NCBI GenBank assembly: GCA_963762115.1
Contig: CAVXJH010000007.1
Location: 32,001-96,000, forward strand
Length of the DNA: 64,000 nt
Reading direction: 5' to 3'
Origin: Candidatus Babeliales bacterium
GTDB taxonomy: Bacteria > Babelota > Babeliae > Babelales > JANWKD01
Under the pieces are notes generated by a model. The model worked only from the letters and a program-made list of their open reading frames with translations, searched no databases and had not been told where the DNA came from. A program made the position numbers and the translations under genes. This document shows positions 41,088-51,133 of this stretch, one piece after another; position 1 is the first letter of the stretch; each line of letters opens with the position of its first letter.

Positions 41088-41393
41088 TTATCTAATTTCA
41101 ACATCAACACCAGATGATATATTCAAGTTCATAAGAGCATCCATAGTTTGATCAGACGGTGAAACAATGTCCAAAACTCGTCTATGAGTCGTTAACTCAA
41201 ATTGTTCTCGTGATTTTTTATCAACGTGCGGTGATCGCAATACCGTAAAACACTGTTGTTTATTAGGAAGAGGAACAGGACCCATAACGAGAGACCCTGT
41301 TCTTTTTGCCGTTAAAACAATTTGTTTTACTGCTTTATCTAACAACTGATGATCATATGATTTTAAAGTTAAACGTATTTTTTGTTTTTTCAT
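41088..41393 (-). CDS. rpsJ: 30S ribosomal protein S10
   Basis: [25 protein letters not shown]. Confidence 0.97.
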   Translation of the reverse strand: MKKQKIRLTLKSYDHQLLDKAVKQIVLTAKRTGSLVMGPVPLPNKQQCFTVLRSPHVDKKSREQFELTTHRRVLDIVSPSDQTMDALMNLNISSGVDVEIR

Positions 41394-41402
41394 CTAATAT
41401 AC

Positions 41403-42600
41403 CTACTTATTTAAAATTTCAGTTACAACACCAGATCCAACAGTTCTACCACCTTCACGAATAGCAAAACGTAAGATCTTTTTCCATCGCAATAGGAGAA
41501 ATCAATTCAACCGTTAATATCAACGTTATCACCAGGCATAACCATTTCACGACCCGCTGCCAAAGTAACAATACCAGTAACGTCTGTGGTTCTGAAATAA
41601 AACTGTGGACTATATCCATTAAAGAATGGGCTATGACGTCCACCTTCATCTTTTGATAAGAATATAAGCTTGACATTTGAATTTTTGATGAGGATTAATG
41701 GTACCTGGTTTTGCAATAACCATACCACGTTCAATATCTTCTTTTTTAACACCACGAAGTAATAATCCTAACGTTATCACCAGCTTGACCTTCTTTAAGT
41801 TCTTTACTGAACATTTCAACACCAGTTACTGTTGTTTTGATAGTACTACCAAATCCAACAATTGCAACTTCTTCGCCAACTTTAACTCTTCCGCGTTCAA
41901 CTCTTCCTGTTGCAACAGTACCACGGCCAGAAATTGAGAATACGCCTTCAACTGACATTAAGAATGGTTTATCAACTTCACGAGCAGGCTCAGGAATAAA
42001 AGTATCAACTGCATCCATTAATTTTTCAATAGCTTGAACACCAATTTCACTTTTATCGCCGCTCAAAGCTTTAAGTGCAGAGCCTCTGATAAAAGGAATT
42101 GTGTCGCCAGGGAAATCATATTTATTAAGCAAGTCTCTGATTTCTTCTTCAACCATGTCGATCATTTCAGAATCATCAACCATGTCTACTTTATTTAAGA
42201 AAACAACTAATGCAGGAACGCCAACGTTTTTTGCAAGAAGAATATGTTCACGTGTTTGAGGCATAGCACCATCAGCAGCAGAAACAACCAAAATCGCACC
42301 GTCCATTTGCGCAGCACCGGTGATCATGTTTTTTACATAATCAGCGTGACCAGGACAATCAACGTGAGCATAATGACGCTTTGCAGTTTCATATTCAACA
42401 TGTGATGTTGCAATGGTAATACCACGCGCTTTTTCTTCAGGCGCATTATCAATTTCATCAAAAGCTTTAGGTGTCGCGAGACCCTTGCTTGCTTGAACAG
42501 AAGTAATTGCCGCTGTTAATGTTGTTTTACCATGATCAACGTGACCAATAGTTCCAATATTTACGTGCGGTTTTTTTCGTTCAAATATTTCTTTTGCCAT
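41403..42600 (-). CDS. tuf: Elongation factor Tu, interrupted by 4 apparent +1 insertions
   Basis: [25 protein letters not shown]-terminal motifs to [14 protein letters not shown] spread over successive frames. Confidence 0.93.
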
Positions 42601-42642
42601 TGTAAATTCTCCCAACGGTAGTTTCTACACTATTAAACAATA

Positions 42643-44709
42643 CTATTTTTTCTCGAGAATTTTCTCTTGTGCATTCTTTGGCACTTCTCGATAACATTCA
42701 AATTCCATAGAATAACTCGCTCGCCCTTTAGTCTGAGAACGTAACGTTGTTGCATAGCCAAGCATTTCTCCCAGAGGAACTTCTGCATGAATATTTTGCA
42801 TGCCATTCTTTGCATCCATTCCCAAGATTCTTCCTCTTCGAGAATTCAAGTCACCCATCACATCGCCCATGTATTCATCAGGCGTTTCAACTTCAACTTT
42901 CATAATCAGGCTCAAGAAGAACTGGTGAAGCTTTAGCCATACCAGCCTTAAATGCCATTGAAGCAGCAATTTTAAAAGCAAGTTCAGATGAATCGACATC
43001 ATGATATGAACCGTCCGTTAAAGTACACCTTAATATCAACAACGGGATAACCACCTAAAATACCTGCATTGATAGCCTCAAGAAGACCCTTTTCAACTGC
43101 CGGAATATATTCTCGAGGAATTGTACCACCAACAACCTTATCTTCAAAGATAAATCCTTTGCCACGCTCTAAAGGCGTCAAGGTTAACCAAACATGGCCA
43201 TACTGACCTTTTCCACCAGATTGTTTGATATACTTACCTTCAGACTCAACAGGCTTTTGAATTGTTTCTTTATAAGCAACTTGCAATTTACCTTGGGCAA
43301 CTTCGACTTTGTGTTCACGCTTTAAACGATCAACAACAATTTCTAAGATGCAACTCACCCATACCACTAATAACTGTTTGAGCAGTTTCTTGGTCATAAG
43401 AAAATTTAAATGAAGGATCTTCTTGCATCATCTTTCTTAAAGAAAGAACCATTTTTTCATGATCAGCCTTGTTTTTTGGCTCAACAGAAGTAGAAATAAC
43501 TGGAGGCGGAACATCAATTGATTCAAGCAAAATAGGATGCCCTTCAGCAGCCAATGTATTACCCGTTGTAACATCTTTAATACCAACAACCGCCGCAATA
43601 TCACCAGCACCAACCGATTGAATTTCTTCTCTCTGATTAGCATGCATTTTTACCAAACGACTCACGCGTTCTTTATTACCCGTGCTCACGTTAAGCACAT
43701 ATGAACCCGCTTTTAATAAGCCAGAATACACGCGAATAAACGTAAGAACGCCAACAAATGGATCCGATATGATCTTAAAAGCCAAAGCGCTAAATGGCTC
43801 ACTATCATCAGATTTTCTTGTTTCTTCTTGATTTGTATTTGGGTTTATACCAGTTACTGGCGGAATATCTAAGGGAGATGGCAAATAATCAACAACGCCA
43901 TCAAGCATTAATTGAACGCCCTTGTTTTTAAACGCAGATCCGGCAAAGGCCAAAGCAATTTCACGCTTCAAAGTACCCTTACGCAAAGCCGACTTAACTT
44001 CCGCAATAGAAATTTCTTCTTCATTCAAAAACTTCTCAGCAAGCGCGTCATCAAAATCACACGCTTTTTCAATAAGATGATTTCTTAAAGCCTCTACGCG
44101 CTCTTTATATTCTTCTGGAACAGGTTGCCAATTAACTTCAAGAACTTGATCGCCGGTAAAAACAGCCATTCTTCGCGTCAGCAAATCAACTATTGCTGAA
44201 AAGTTTTCAGACTCACCGATTGGCATTTGAACAGCAACAGCATTCACACGCAAACGATCGTTAATATGATCAATAACTCTAAAATAATCGCCACCAGTGC
44301 GATCTAATTTGTTAATAAAAATAATTCTTGGAACACCATAACGATTAGCTTGTCGCCACACCGTTTCTGATTGAGGCTGAACGCCCGCAACGCCACAAAA
44401 AACACCGACCATACCATCAAGCACACGCAGTGACCGTCCAACTTCAATGCCAAAGTCAATATGCCCAGGAGTGTCAATAATGTTAATATTATAGCCATTC
44501 CATTCACAGGTGGTTGCCGCAGATTGTATAGTAATACCACGTTCACGCTCTTGCTCCATAAAGTCCATGGTCGCTTGACCTTCGTGAACTTCACCAAGCT
44601 TATGCGTGATTCCTGTATAAAATAAAATTCTTTCAGTAACCGTTGTTTTGCCAGCATCAATATGAGCAGCAATACCTATATTTCTGTATTTTTCAAGATT
44701 AGAACTCAT
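42643..44709 (-). CDS. fusA: Elongation factor G, interrupted by 3 apparent +1 insertions
   Basis: [50 protein letters not shown] over successive frames. Confidence 0.93.
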
Positions 44710-44727
44710 AAGCAATTACCCCTACCA

Positions 44728-45210
44728 CTACCATGCATAATGAGAGAATGCTCTGTTAGCTTCTGCCATTCTATGAACGTCAATCTTCTTTTTTATTGCA
44801 TTACCACGACCATCATAAGCTTCAATTAACTCTTCAGCTAATTTTTTGCCCATGGTATCACCGGAACGTGATTTAGCTGCACCAAGCAACCAACGAATAG
44901 CTAAAGCACGCGCTCTATCTGGTCTTACTTCGGTAGGAATTTGATATACACTACCACCCACACGACGAGGCTTAACTTCCACCGCAGGAATAAGCTGATC
45001 AACAGCCTTAAAGAATACACTGAGGCCTTTGTTTTGATCGCCGCCTGCTTTTTTAATTAAAACATCAATGGCATCGTATACAATAGTACGAGCAGCATTT
45101 TTTTTACCACGCCACATAGTAACGTTGATTAACTTTTGAATTAATTCTGAGCCATAACGCTCATCAACACCAATTTCTCTTTTATAGTTAATAGCTTTAC
45201 GCCTTGACAT
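44728..45210 (-). CDS. rpsG: 30S ribosomal protein S7
   Basis: RRVGGSVYQIP, HRMAEANRAFSHY. Confidence 0.97.
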   Translation of the reverse strand: MSRRKAINYKREIGVDERYGSELIQKLINVTMWRGKKNAARTIVYDAIDVLIKKAGGDQNKGLSVFFKAVDQLIPAVEVKPRRVGGSVYQIPTEVRPDRARALAIRWLLGAAKSRSGDTMGKKLAEELIEAYDGRGNAIKKKIDVHRMAEANRAFSHYAW

Positions 45211-45596
45211 TATTTACCTTCCTTAGCTTTAGGTCTTTTTGCACCATACAATGAGCGGCTTTGTTTTCTATTTTCAACGCCAGCTGAATCTAAAGTTCCA
45301 CGTACGATATGGTATTTAACACCAGGCAAATCTTTTACTTTTCCGCCACGAACTAAAACAACAGAGTGTTCTTGTAAATTATGTCCTTCACCAGGAATAT
45401 ATGCTGTAACTTCCATACCAGTTGAAAGTTTAACACGAGCAACTTTACGAAGCGCTGAGTTTGGTTTTTTTGGTGTCATTGTCGAAACACGTATGCAAAC
45501 GCCACGTGCTTGAGGAGCACTTTTTAACGCAGGACTCTTAGATTTATATTTAACTTTTGTGCGCCCTTTATGCGCTAGCTGTGTTATTGTAGGCAT
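45210..45596 (-). CDS. rpsL: 30S ribosomal protein S12
   Basis: [27 protein letters not shown]. Confidence 0.97.
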   Translation of the reverse strand: MPTITQLAHKGRTKVKYKSKSPALKSAPQARGVCIRVSTMTPKKPNSALRKVARVKLSTGMEVTAYIPGEGHNLQEHSVVLVRGGKVKDLPGVKYHIVRGTLDSAGVENRKQSRSLYGAKRPKAKEGK

Positions 45597-45958
45597 TATA
45601 AAATTCCTAAATTAAGAATGAAATTTTTGAAAAAACACTTTTTAACGGCCTGTTACCTGAGTTTCGTTGGACGAATCATGTAGTTAAGGATAAGAATATT
45701 TTAACCTTTTTATTAATTTTTTCAAGTGGAATTGAAAACAGTATGAATAATAACTATTTTCGCCAAAAAATTATTGCATATTATCTCTTTTTTAATGAAT
45801 TTTACCAAAAACATTTTCATAAAATAAGCTCATCGCCACTTATTATAAAAATTCAAGAGACACCATAGACTTATTTTATTCTTGTTGATACCTTTATGGA
45901 GTATTATTTGTTGTTTTTAATCATCTTTGTATTCAATTACAGAATCTAAGGAGCTTTT

Positions 45959-47071
45959 ATGCCTCACATTTTTCAAACTCTCTTTTCATTAGCACAAAGT
46001 GGCATCTTTATCGTTATCGGACTTTTTGGCATAGGCTTTGTTATAGGGTTCCATGAATTCGGACATTTTATGTTTTGTAAATTATTCAAAATAGCAACTC
46101 CCTCATTTTCCATCGGCATGGGGCCGCGAATATTTACAAAAAAAATAGGCGAAACCGAATTTTCACTTTCGGCAATACCCGTCGGTGGCTATGTTGAAAT
46201 TGCAGGTAATGCAGAAATTGGTCAAGGCGAACAGAAAGAAGCACATCGCAATGATCAATATTCCTTTGCAAACAAACCTTACTACCAAAAAATGCTGGTA
46301 ATGTCTGGGGGAATCCTTTTCAACTTTATATTTGCCTATTTTGCACTTACCATGCTTTATTTGTTTGGTATGCCAAAATCACCAATTTTATATCATTTCA
46401 GCGCATCAACAACTATTGATCAAATAATGCCAAATACGCCTGCGGCACAATCAACGTTAGCTTCTCACGACACTATCATCGCCATCAATGGCACTCTCGT
46501 TAACAACGCACAAGAATTATTGAACCTTATTAAAGAATTACCCAATACAACAGCAAAATTCACTATTGAACGCAATACAACTCGACAAGACATAGACGTT
46601 GCAATTGGATCAAAAGAATGCAATAAAAATTTAATTGGCTTTTTGGGTATTGACTTTGTTATACCGCGTTATGGTTTAATCAAATCGGTGCAAAAAAGCT
46701 TTTCAGCAGTAAATCATATAGTATATCAAGTAATTTTAGCCTTCAAAGGCATGTTCACTGAAAGAAAATTTGATAATCTCGGTGGACCTTTTATGATTAT
46801 TCATCAAACAATAAAAAGCGCCGAACAAGGCTTTTCAATGCTCATTTTATTATTAGCATTCATTAGCATCAATCTAGCCATAATTAACATTTTCCCTTTA
46901 CCAATTCTCGATGGCGGACAAGCATTATATTATACCATTGAAGCAATTATGCGGCGCCCACTTTCTGAGCGCATTCGAGAATACGTTCATTATGCAACAT
47001 GGCTATGCGTACTCTTACTGGTAATTTATTTAACCATTAAAGATTTCATCAAAATATTCTGGACATGTTAA
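45959..47071 (+). CDS. rseP: RIP metalloprotease RseP (M50, PDZ)
   Basis: HEFGH, FSIGMGP, PVGGYV, PDZ domain, NIFPLPILDGG. Confidence 0.92.
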   Translation: MPHIFQTLFSLAQSGIFIVIGLFGIGFVIGFHEFGHFMFCKLFKIATPSFSIGMGPRIFTKKIGETEFSLSAIPVGGYVEIAGNAEIGQGEQKEAHRNDQYSFANKPYYQKMLVMSGGILFNFIFAYFALTMLYLFGMPKSPILYHFSASTTIDQIMPNTPAAQSTLASHDTIIAINGTLVNNAQELLNLIKELPNTTAKFTIERNTTRQDIDVAIGSKECNKNLIGFLGIDFVIPRYGLIKSVQKSFSAVNHIVYQVILAFKGMFTERKFDNLGGPFMIIHQTIKSAEQGFSMLILLLAFISINLAIINIFPLPILDGGQALYYTIEAIMRRPLSERIREYVHYATWLCVLLLVIYLTIKDFIKIFWTC

Positions 47072-47096
47072 TCCAGCTTTCAAGAAAATAATGAAC

Positions 47097-47133
47097 AAAA
47101 AAAAGACCTGCATTTTGAGCAGGTCTTTTTTTT
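47097..47133. terminator. Bidirectional terminator between rseP and rplM
   Basis: A8-GACCTGC / GCAGGTC-T8. Confidence 0.8.
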
Positions 47134-47148
47134 AATATACTTAATTTT

Positions 47149-47595
47149 TTAAGCAGCTTGAACAGACTTATCAGTTCCTGTTTGTGCAATATGAGGATGT
47201 TCAGGTCCTACATAAATTTTAAGCTTATCTGCCATAGCTTTACCCATTTTTGTTTTAGGGAGCATACGTTGGACAGCCAATCTAATAATTTCTGTAGGCT
47301 TTTTATCCATCATTTCTTGAGCTGTGGTAAATTTTTGTCCACCAATAAAACCAGTATAACGAACATAGTTCTTGGCTTCCATTTTGTTGCCGCTCAAAAC
47401 AATTTTCTCAGCGTTAATAACAACAACATAATCACCGGCATCAGTATGACGGGTAAATTCAGGTTTTAATTTGCCTTGCAAGGTATCAGCTATTATAGTT
47501 GCCAATCTACCTAAAATCTTGCCTTCTGCATCTAAAACTTTCCATTTAGGCTTTCTATCTTCTTTTTTCAAAAAGAACGCCTTGTTCATGTCCAT
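47149..47595 (-). CDS. rplM: 50S ribosomal protein L13
   Basis: DAEGKILGRLA, GDYVVVINAEK, RMLPK, HPH. Confidence 0.96.
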   Translation of the reverse strand: MDMNKAFFLKKEDRKPKWKVLDAEGKILGRLATIIADTLQGKLKPEFTRHTDAGDYVVVINAEKIVLSGNKMEAKNYVRYTGFIGGQKFTTAQEMMDKKPTEIIRLAVQRMLPKTKMGKAMADKLKIYVGPEHPHIAQTGTDKSVQAA

Positions 47596-47783
47596 AAAAA
47601 GATCCTTATATAATTTTTTCTAAGAGGAAACGTTGCTTAAAAAACGAACAGGTATTTATACTTTATAGTAAAGAAATTTTATCAACAGGTCAAATAAAAA
47701 TAGATAAGCGCCTAGGCAAGCCTTCTATTTAATTTTATACTATTAGTAATGTTATAATAACCTCATCATAAGGATAACTGTTT

Positions 47784-49400
47784 ATGCAAAATTCTTGGGT
47801 CGTGCTCATACCACCACTTCTTGTTCTTACTGCAGCTTTTGTTACTAAACGAGTATTGCTTTCACTCTGCTTGGGTATAATAACCGCTTGTTTTATCATA
47901 GCTGATCTTTCAGTGATCCATGCGGGATCCATTCTGATACAAAACTTGCAAAAACAGATATTCAATACTGACAATATATATACGTTTATCTTTCTTATTG
48001 CCTTAGGTTCTCTCATAGCATTATTAAGCCACACCGGCGGCACCACTGCCTATAGCACAATCATGGCCAAAAAAATTTCTGATGCAAAAAGTGCTGAATC
48101 AGCAAGCCTACTTTTATCATGCTTGTTGTTATTTGATGATTTTTTTAGCAGCATTACCGTTGGTTGCATTATGCGCCCACTCACCGATCGCTTTAAAATC
48201 CCCCGAGCAAAATTAGCTTTTTTAATTGATTCAATGGCAGCCCCTTTGGTTGTTCTTATTCCTGTTTCAAGTTGGATCGCCACCCTCACCATGCAACTGC
48301 ACAAATCTGGCATATCGCAAGATTTATCTGATAACCCTTTAATTCTTGCTGATCCATTTTCATTATATTTGCACATTATTCCTTATATTTTTTACTCATT
48401 TATTATTATGGCATCTGTTTTATTTATTGTACGCAAACGCATTTCTTTTGGACCCATGCACAAACAAGAAGCAATTGCACAAAAAACGGGCAATCTTTAT
48501 GGCGGTAAAAAACCATCAAAAAATATCGATAAAAATTACTGCCCTGTTGATCATGGTTCATTAATCGATTTCTTTTTACCAATTGGCTTATTATTATTCT
48601 CAGTATTTTCAGCAATTTTATATGCTGGCAAGTATCATCTTTTTGGCGGCAATCATTCATTATTAAAAGCATTAGCATCAACTGACATTTTTTTTGCGCT
48701 CTGCACCGGCACCGTATTTACGCTGATTACCAGTTTTATATTTTTTTTGATTAAGAAAAAAATGCATTTAAAAGATATTTTATCATTAATCAAAGAAGGC
48801 GTTCAACTTATGGGTCCTTCTGTTGCTATTTTATTCTTTGCTTGGACATTCAGCAGCTTGCTTATTCATGATTTAAAAAGCGGTTCTTATTTGGCTTCGC
48901 TCGTTGTTGGCAATATCATACTCCCTTTATTGCCGTGCATTTTTTTCATAGTGTCAGCAATTACTTCGATTGCAATTGGTTCATCGTGGGGCACTATTGC
49001 CGTTATGGTCCCTTTAGCAACACCAATGCTTATACAATTACTCGGCATACAAACGCCCGCAACACCCGAACAGGTATATTTATTATTGCCTTTGCTTGGT
49101 GCTGCTTTTGCTGGTGCAATTGCCGGCGATCATATTTCGCCAATTTCCAGCACAACAGTTATGTCCTCAACCAGCAGCGGTGCATATCACACTGATCATG
49201 TGTATACACAATTTATGTATGCCTTACCAGCGTTAATTGCCACCATTATTGCCTATCTTATTGCCGGCTTTCTTGCAACTTACAGTAATGCTTTAAGTTT
49301 AATCGCATTACCAATTGGCATTATTTTGTCTTTAAGCATGCTTTATATAGTGAATATAATTGCTCATAAAAATGGCTCCAAAGCCGCCAAAATTGACTAA
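47784..49400 (+). CDS. Na+/H+ antiporter NhaC-family / ion-transporter superfamily membrane protein
   Basis: FDDFF, RAKLAFLIDSMAAP, GSSWGT, GDHISPIS; multiple TMs. Confidence 0.85.
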   Translation: MQNSWVVLIPPLLVLTAAFVTKRVLLSLCLGIITACFIIADLSVIHAGSILIQNLQKQIFNTDNIYTFIFLIALGSLIALLSHTGGTTAYSTIMAKKISDAKSAESASLLLSCLLLFDDFFSSITVGCIMRPLTDRFKIPRAKLAFLIDSMAAPLVVLIPVSSWIATLTMQLHKSGISQDLSDNPLILADPFSLYLHIIPYIFYSFIIMASVLFIVRKRISFGPMHKQEAIAQKTGNLYGGKKPSKNIDKNYCPVDHGSLIDFFLPIGLLLFSVFSAILYAGKYHLFGGNHSLLKALASTDIFFALCTGTVFTLITSFIFFLIKKKMHLKDILSLIKEGVQLMGPSVAILFFAWTFSSLLIHDLKSGSYLASLVVGNIILPLLPCIFFIVSAITSIAIGSSWGTIAVMVPLATPMLIQLLGIQTPATPEQVYLLLPLLGAAFAGAIAGDHISPISSTTVMSSTSSGAYHTDHVYTQFMYALPALIATIIAYLIAGFLATYSNALSLIALPIGIILSLSMLYIVNIIAHKNGSKAAKID

Positions 49401-49462
49401 TTTTAGTGATTCTTTATGATTAATAATGTTATATTGTCTTTTTTTCTAAGCTGAGGTTTTTT

Positions 49463-49903
49463 ATGAAAAAGCTTATTTTACCTTTGTTGATCTTATCAAG
49501 TAATTTGTTTGCTGATTTTCCTGAAGTAGCTAAAGAAGCTGATACACCTTGTGCACCTGAGGCATTTGCTGCAAATTATGACGGTGAAAGCATAAAACTT
49601 ATTAATGAATGTATCCGTCACGAGAACACGAACGCTTGTAGATTATTAGAAGTGCTTACTGAATTACAACAAGTTGAAGGCAAAATGCGATCACAAGGCA
49701 TAAGTACTCGTGTTGTACCAGCACTATCAAAATGCTTAAGTACTGATCCAGGAAATGCAACACATGAATGTAAAGCAGTAAAACTAGCACTGAGATGGCA
49801 TATGCTTTATAGTGAACTTAACAACAATCAACAATTTAAGCATTTTTCTAGATATTCGTTTCAAGATGATTTATTAAAACACACCAAAAAAGCTACAAAA
49901 TAA
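49463..49903 (+). CDS. Hypothetical secreted Cys-containing protein (paralog 1)
   Basis: GAGG RBS, signal peptide ending LFA. Confidence 0.75.
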   Translation: MKKLILPLLILSSNLFADFPEVAKEADTPCAPEAFAANYDGESIKLINECIRHENTNACRLLEVLTELQQVEGKMRSQGISTRVVPALSKCLSTDPGNATHECKAVKLALRWHMLYSELNNNQQFKHFSRYSFQDDLLKHTKKATK

Positions 49904-49923
49904 CTCAATCAATGAGTATTGCT

Positions 49924-49960
49924 AAATCGGGAATTAAGTAAATAATTCCCGATTTTTTTT
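49924..49960 (+). terminator. Rho-independent terminator
   Basis: AAATCGGGAATTA-agtaaa-TAATTCCCGATTT followed by a T-run. Confidence 0.85.
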
Positions 49961-50146
49961 GCACAAAAATGCCTTCTTATAAATATCTTTTTCCAATTGG
50001 AATTTTATTGTCTTTAAGCATGTTTTATATAGTGAATATAATTGCTCAAAAAAAATGATTCCAAAGCCGCCAAATTTGACTAATTTTGGCGATTCTCTAT
50101 GATTAATAATGCTATAATGTCTTTTTTTTCTAAATTGAGGTCTTTT

Positions 50147-50485
50147 ATGAAAAAGCTTATTTTACCCTTATTATTACTAGTATCTGGTAGTTTGTTTGCA
50201 GAACATACCCTTAATGATCACATTCAAAAGCATCATGCAACACCAGCTCAATGCGAAACGTGCCAAGAAACTTCGTTGTTAAAAGAATGTGTACAAGGAA
50301 ACAACAAAGCTTGCAAAACGTTGTTACTAAAAGCATACCAACGTCATTTTAATACTAACGAAGCAGTAGTACTCACTCTATTTCTTAAAGATCAAATACT
50401 AGAAAATATAAAACGAAAAAAAGCTGTCTCTGACGCCATTTCCCCAAATGAATCACTACCTACAATGGACCAATCAGACAAATAA
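50147..50485 (+). CDS. Hypothetical secreted Cys-containing protein (paralog 2)
   Basis: Start at 50147 by homology to paralog 1 (GAGG RBS, MKKLILPLL...LFA). Confidence 0.75.
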   Translation: MKKLILPLLLLVSGSLFAEHTLNDHIQKHHATPAQCETCQETSLLKECVQGNNKACKTLLLKAYQRHFNTNEAVVLTLFLKDQILENIKRKKAVSDAISPNESLPTMDQSDK

Positions 50486-50507
50486 TCATTCACTTATAAA
50501 ACTTGCT

Positions 50508-50545
50508 AAATCGGGAATTATTTACTTAATTCCCGATTTTTTTTT
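50508..50545 (+). terminator. Rho-independent terminator
   Basis: AAATCGGGAATTA-tttact-TAATTCCCGATTT followed by a T-run. Confidence 0.85.
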
Positions 50546-50633
50546 GCACAAAAATACCTTTTTCTAATCATCTTTTTCCTATATACTTTCATCAATTGAT
50601 AATGCACAAACAAAACATTGAAAGTAAATTTTT

Positions 50634-51056
50634 ATGAACACCACAAAAAAAATAGTTATCATATTCGCTCTTCTTATTCTTCAACAAAACATACAAGCAG
50701 ATCCTGCATTGAATTCAATTGCTAATAAGCTTGAACGTGCCCTAACAGGTCCATCAAATAATGATCGACGCGTTGTTGCATTAACAGCAATTGGTGCAGG
50801 TGTTGTAATAACTGGTTTATGTTTAACAATAATTGGTGGCTATAGAGCTGCAAATGGTAAACCACAAAAAGAAGGTTCTGAAAATGAACCAATAGTTACT
50901 AATGTTGTAACTGACGGCATCGCACGCCTCAGCGGCTTTGGCACGGCACTATTAGGAATTTTATGCACTGTTGGCGGCAGTGCAACAATTGTTTTGGCTA
51001 AAGAAGCAATCTTTAGATTGCAAAGCTTAATGGATCAACATCGAATAGATTGTTAA
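50634..51056 (+). CDS. Hypothetical membrane protein
   Basis: Signal peptide plus two Gly-rich hydrophobic helices. Confidence 0.65.
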   Translation: MNTTKKIVIIFALLILQQNIQADPALNSIANKLERALTGPSNNDRRVVALTAIGAGVVITGLCLTIIGGYRAANGKPQKEGSENEPIVTNVVTDGIARLSGFGTALLGILCTVGGSATIVLAKEAIFRLQSLMDQHRIDC

Positions 51057-51060
51057 AAAT

Positions 51061-51109
51061 ACTAAAGGGCACTACAATAATTTTGACGAATTATTTAGTG
51101 CCCTTTAGT
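51061..51109. terminator. Long hairpin between convergent genes
   Basis: ACTAAAGGGCACTA...TAGTGCCCTTTAGT. Confidence 0.7.
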
Positions 51110-51133
51110 CTGCATTTTATTAAAATCTAATTT

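Larger units (their letters stand above)
49311..50580 (+). repeat. Tandem duplication of two units (about 49311-49994 and 49993-50580)
   Basis: Transporter 3' tail, promoter/RBS, MKKLILPLL signal peptide and terminator recur in both units. Confidence 0.9.

Noticed and set aside
26781..44672. Many short antisense or alternate-frame ORFs over ribosomal genes (e.g. 27597-28103, 29384-29638, 29777-30283, 44304-44672)
   Set aside because: Shadows of conserved genes with no motifs; 29384-29638 is antisense to rpmJ and infA.
41403..44709. Programmed frameshifting or genuinely split tuf/fusA genes
   Set aside because: No slippery sites; many +1 insertions cluster across three genes, which fits sequencing error.
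50099..50146. ORF-track start at 50099
   Set aside because: Homology to unit 1 places the RBS and start at 50147.
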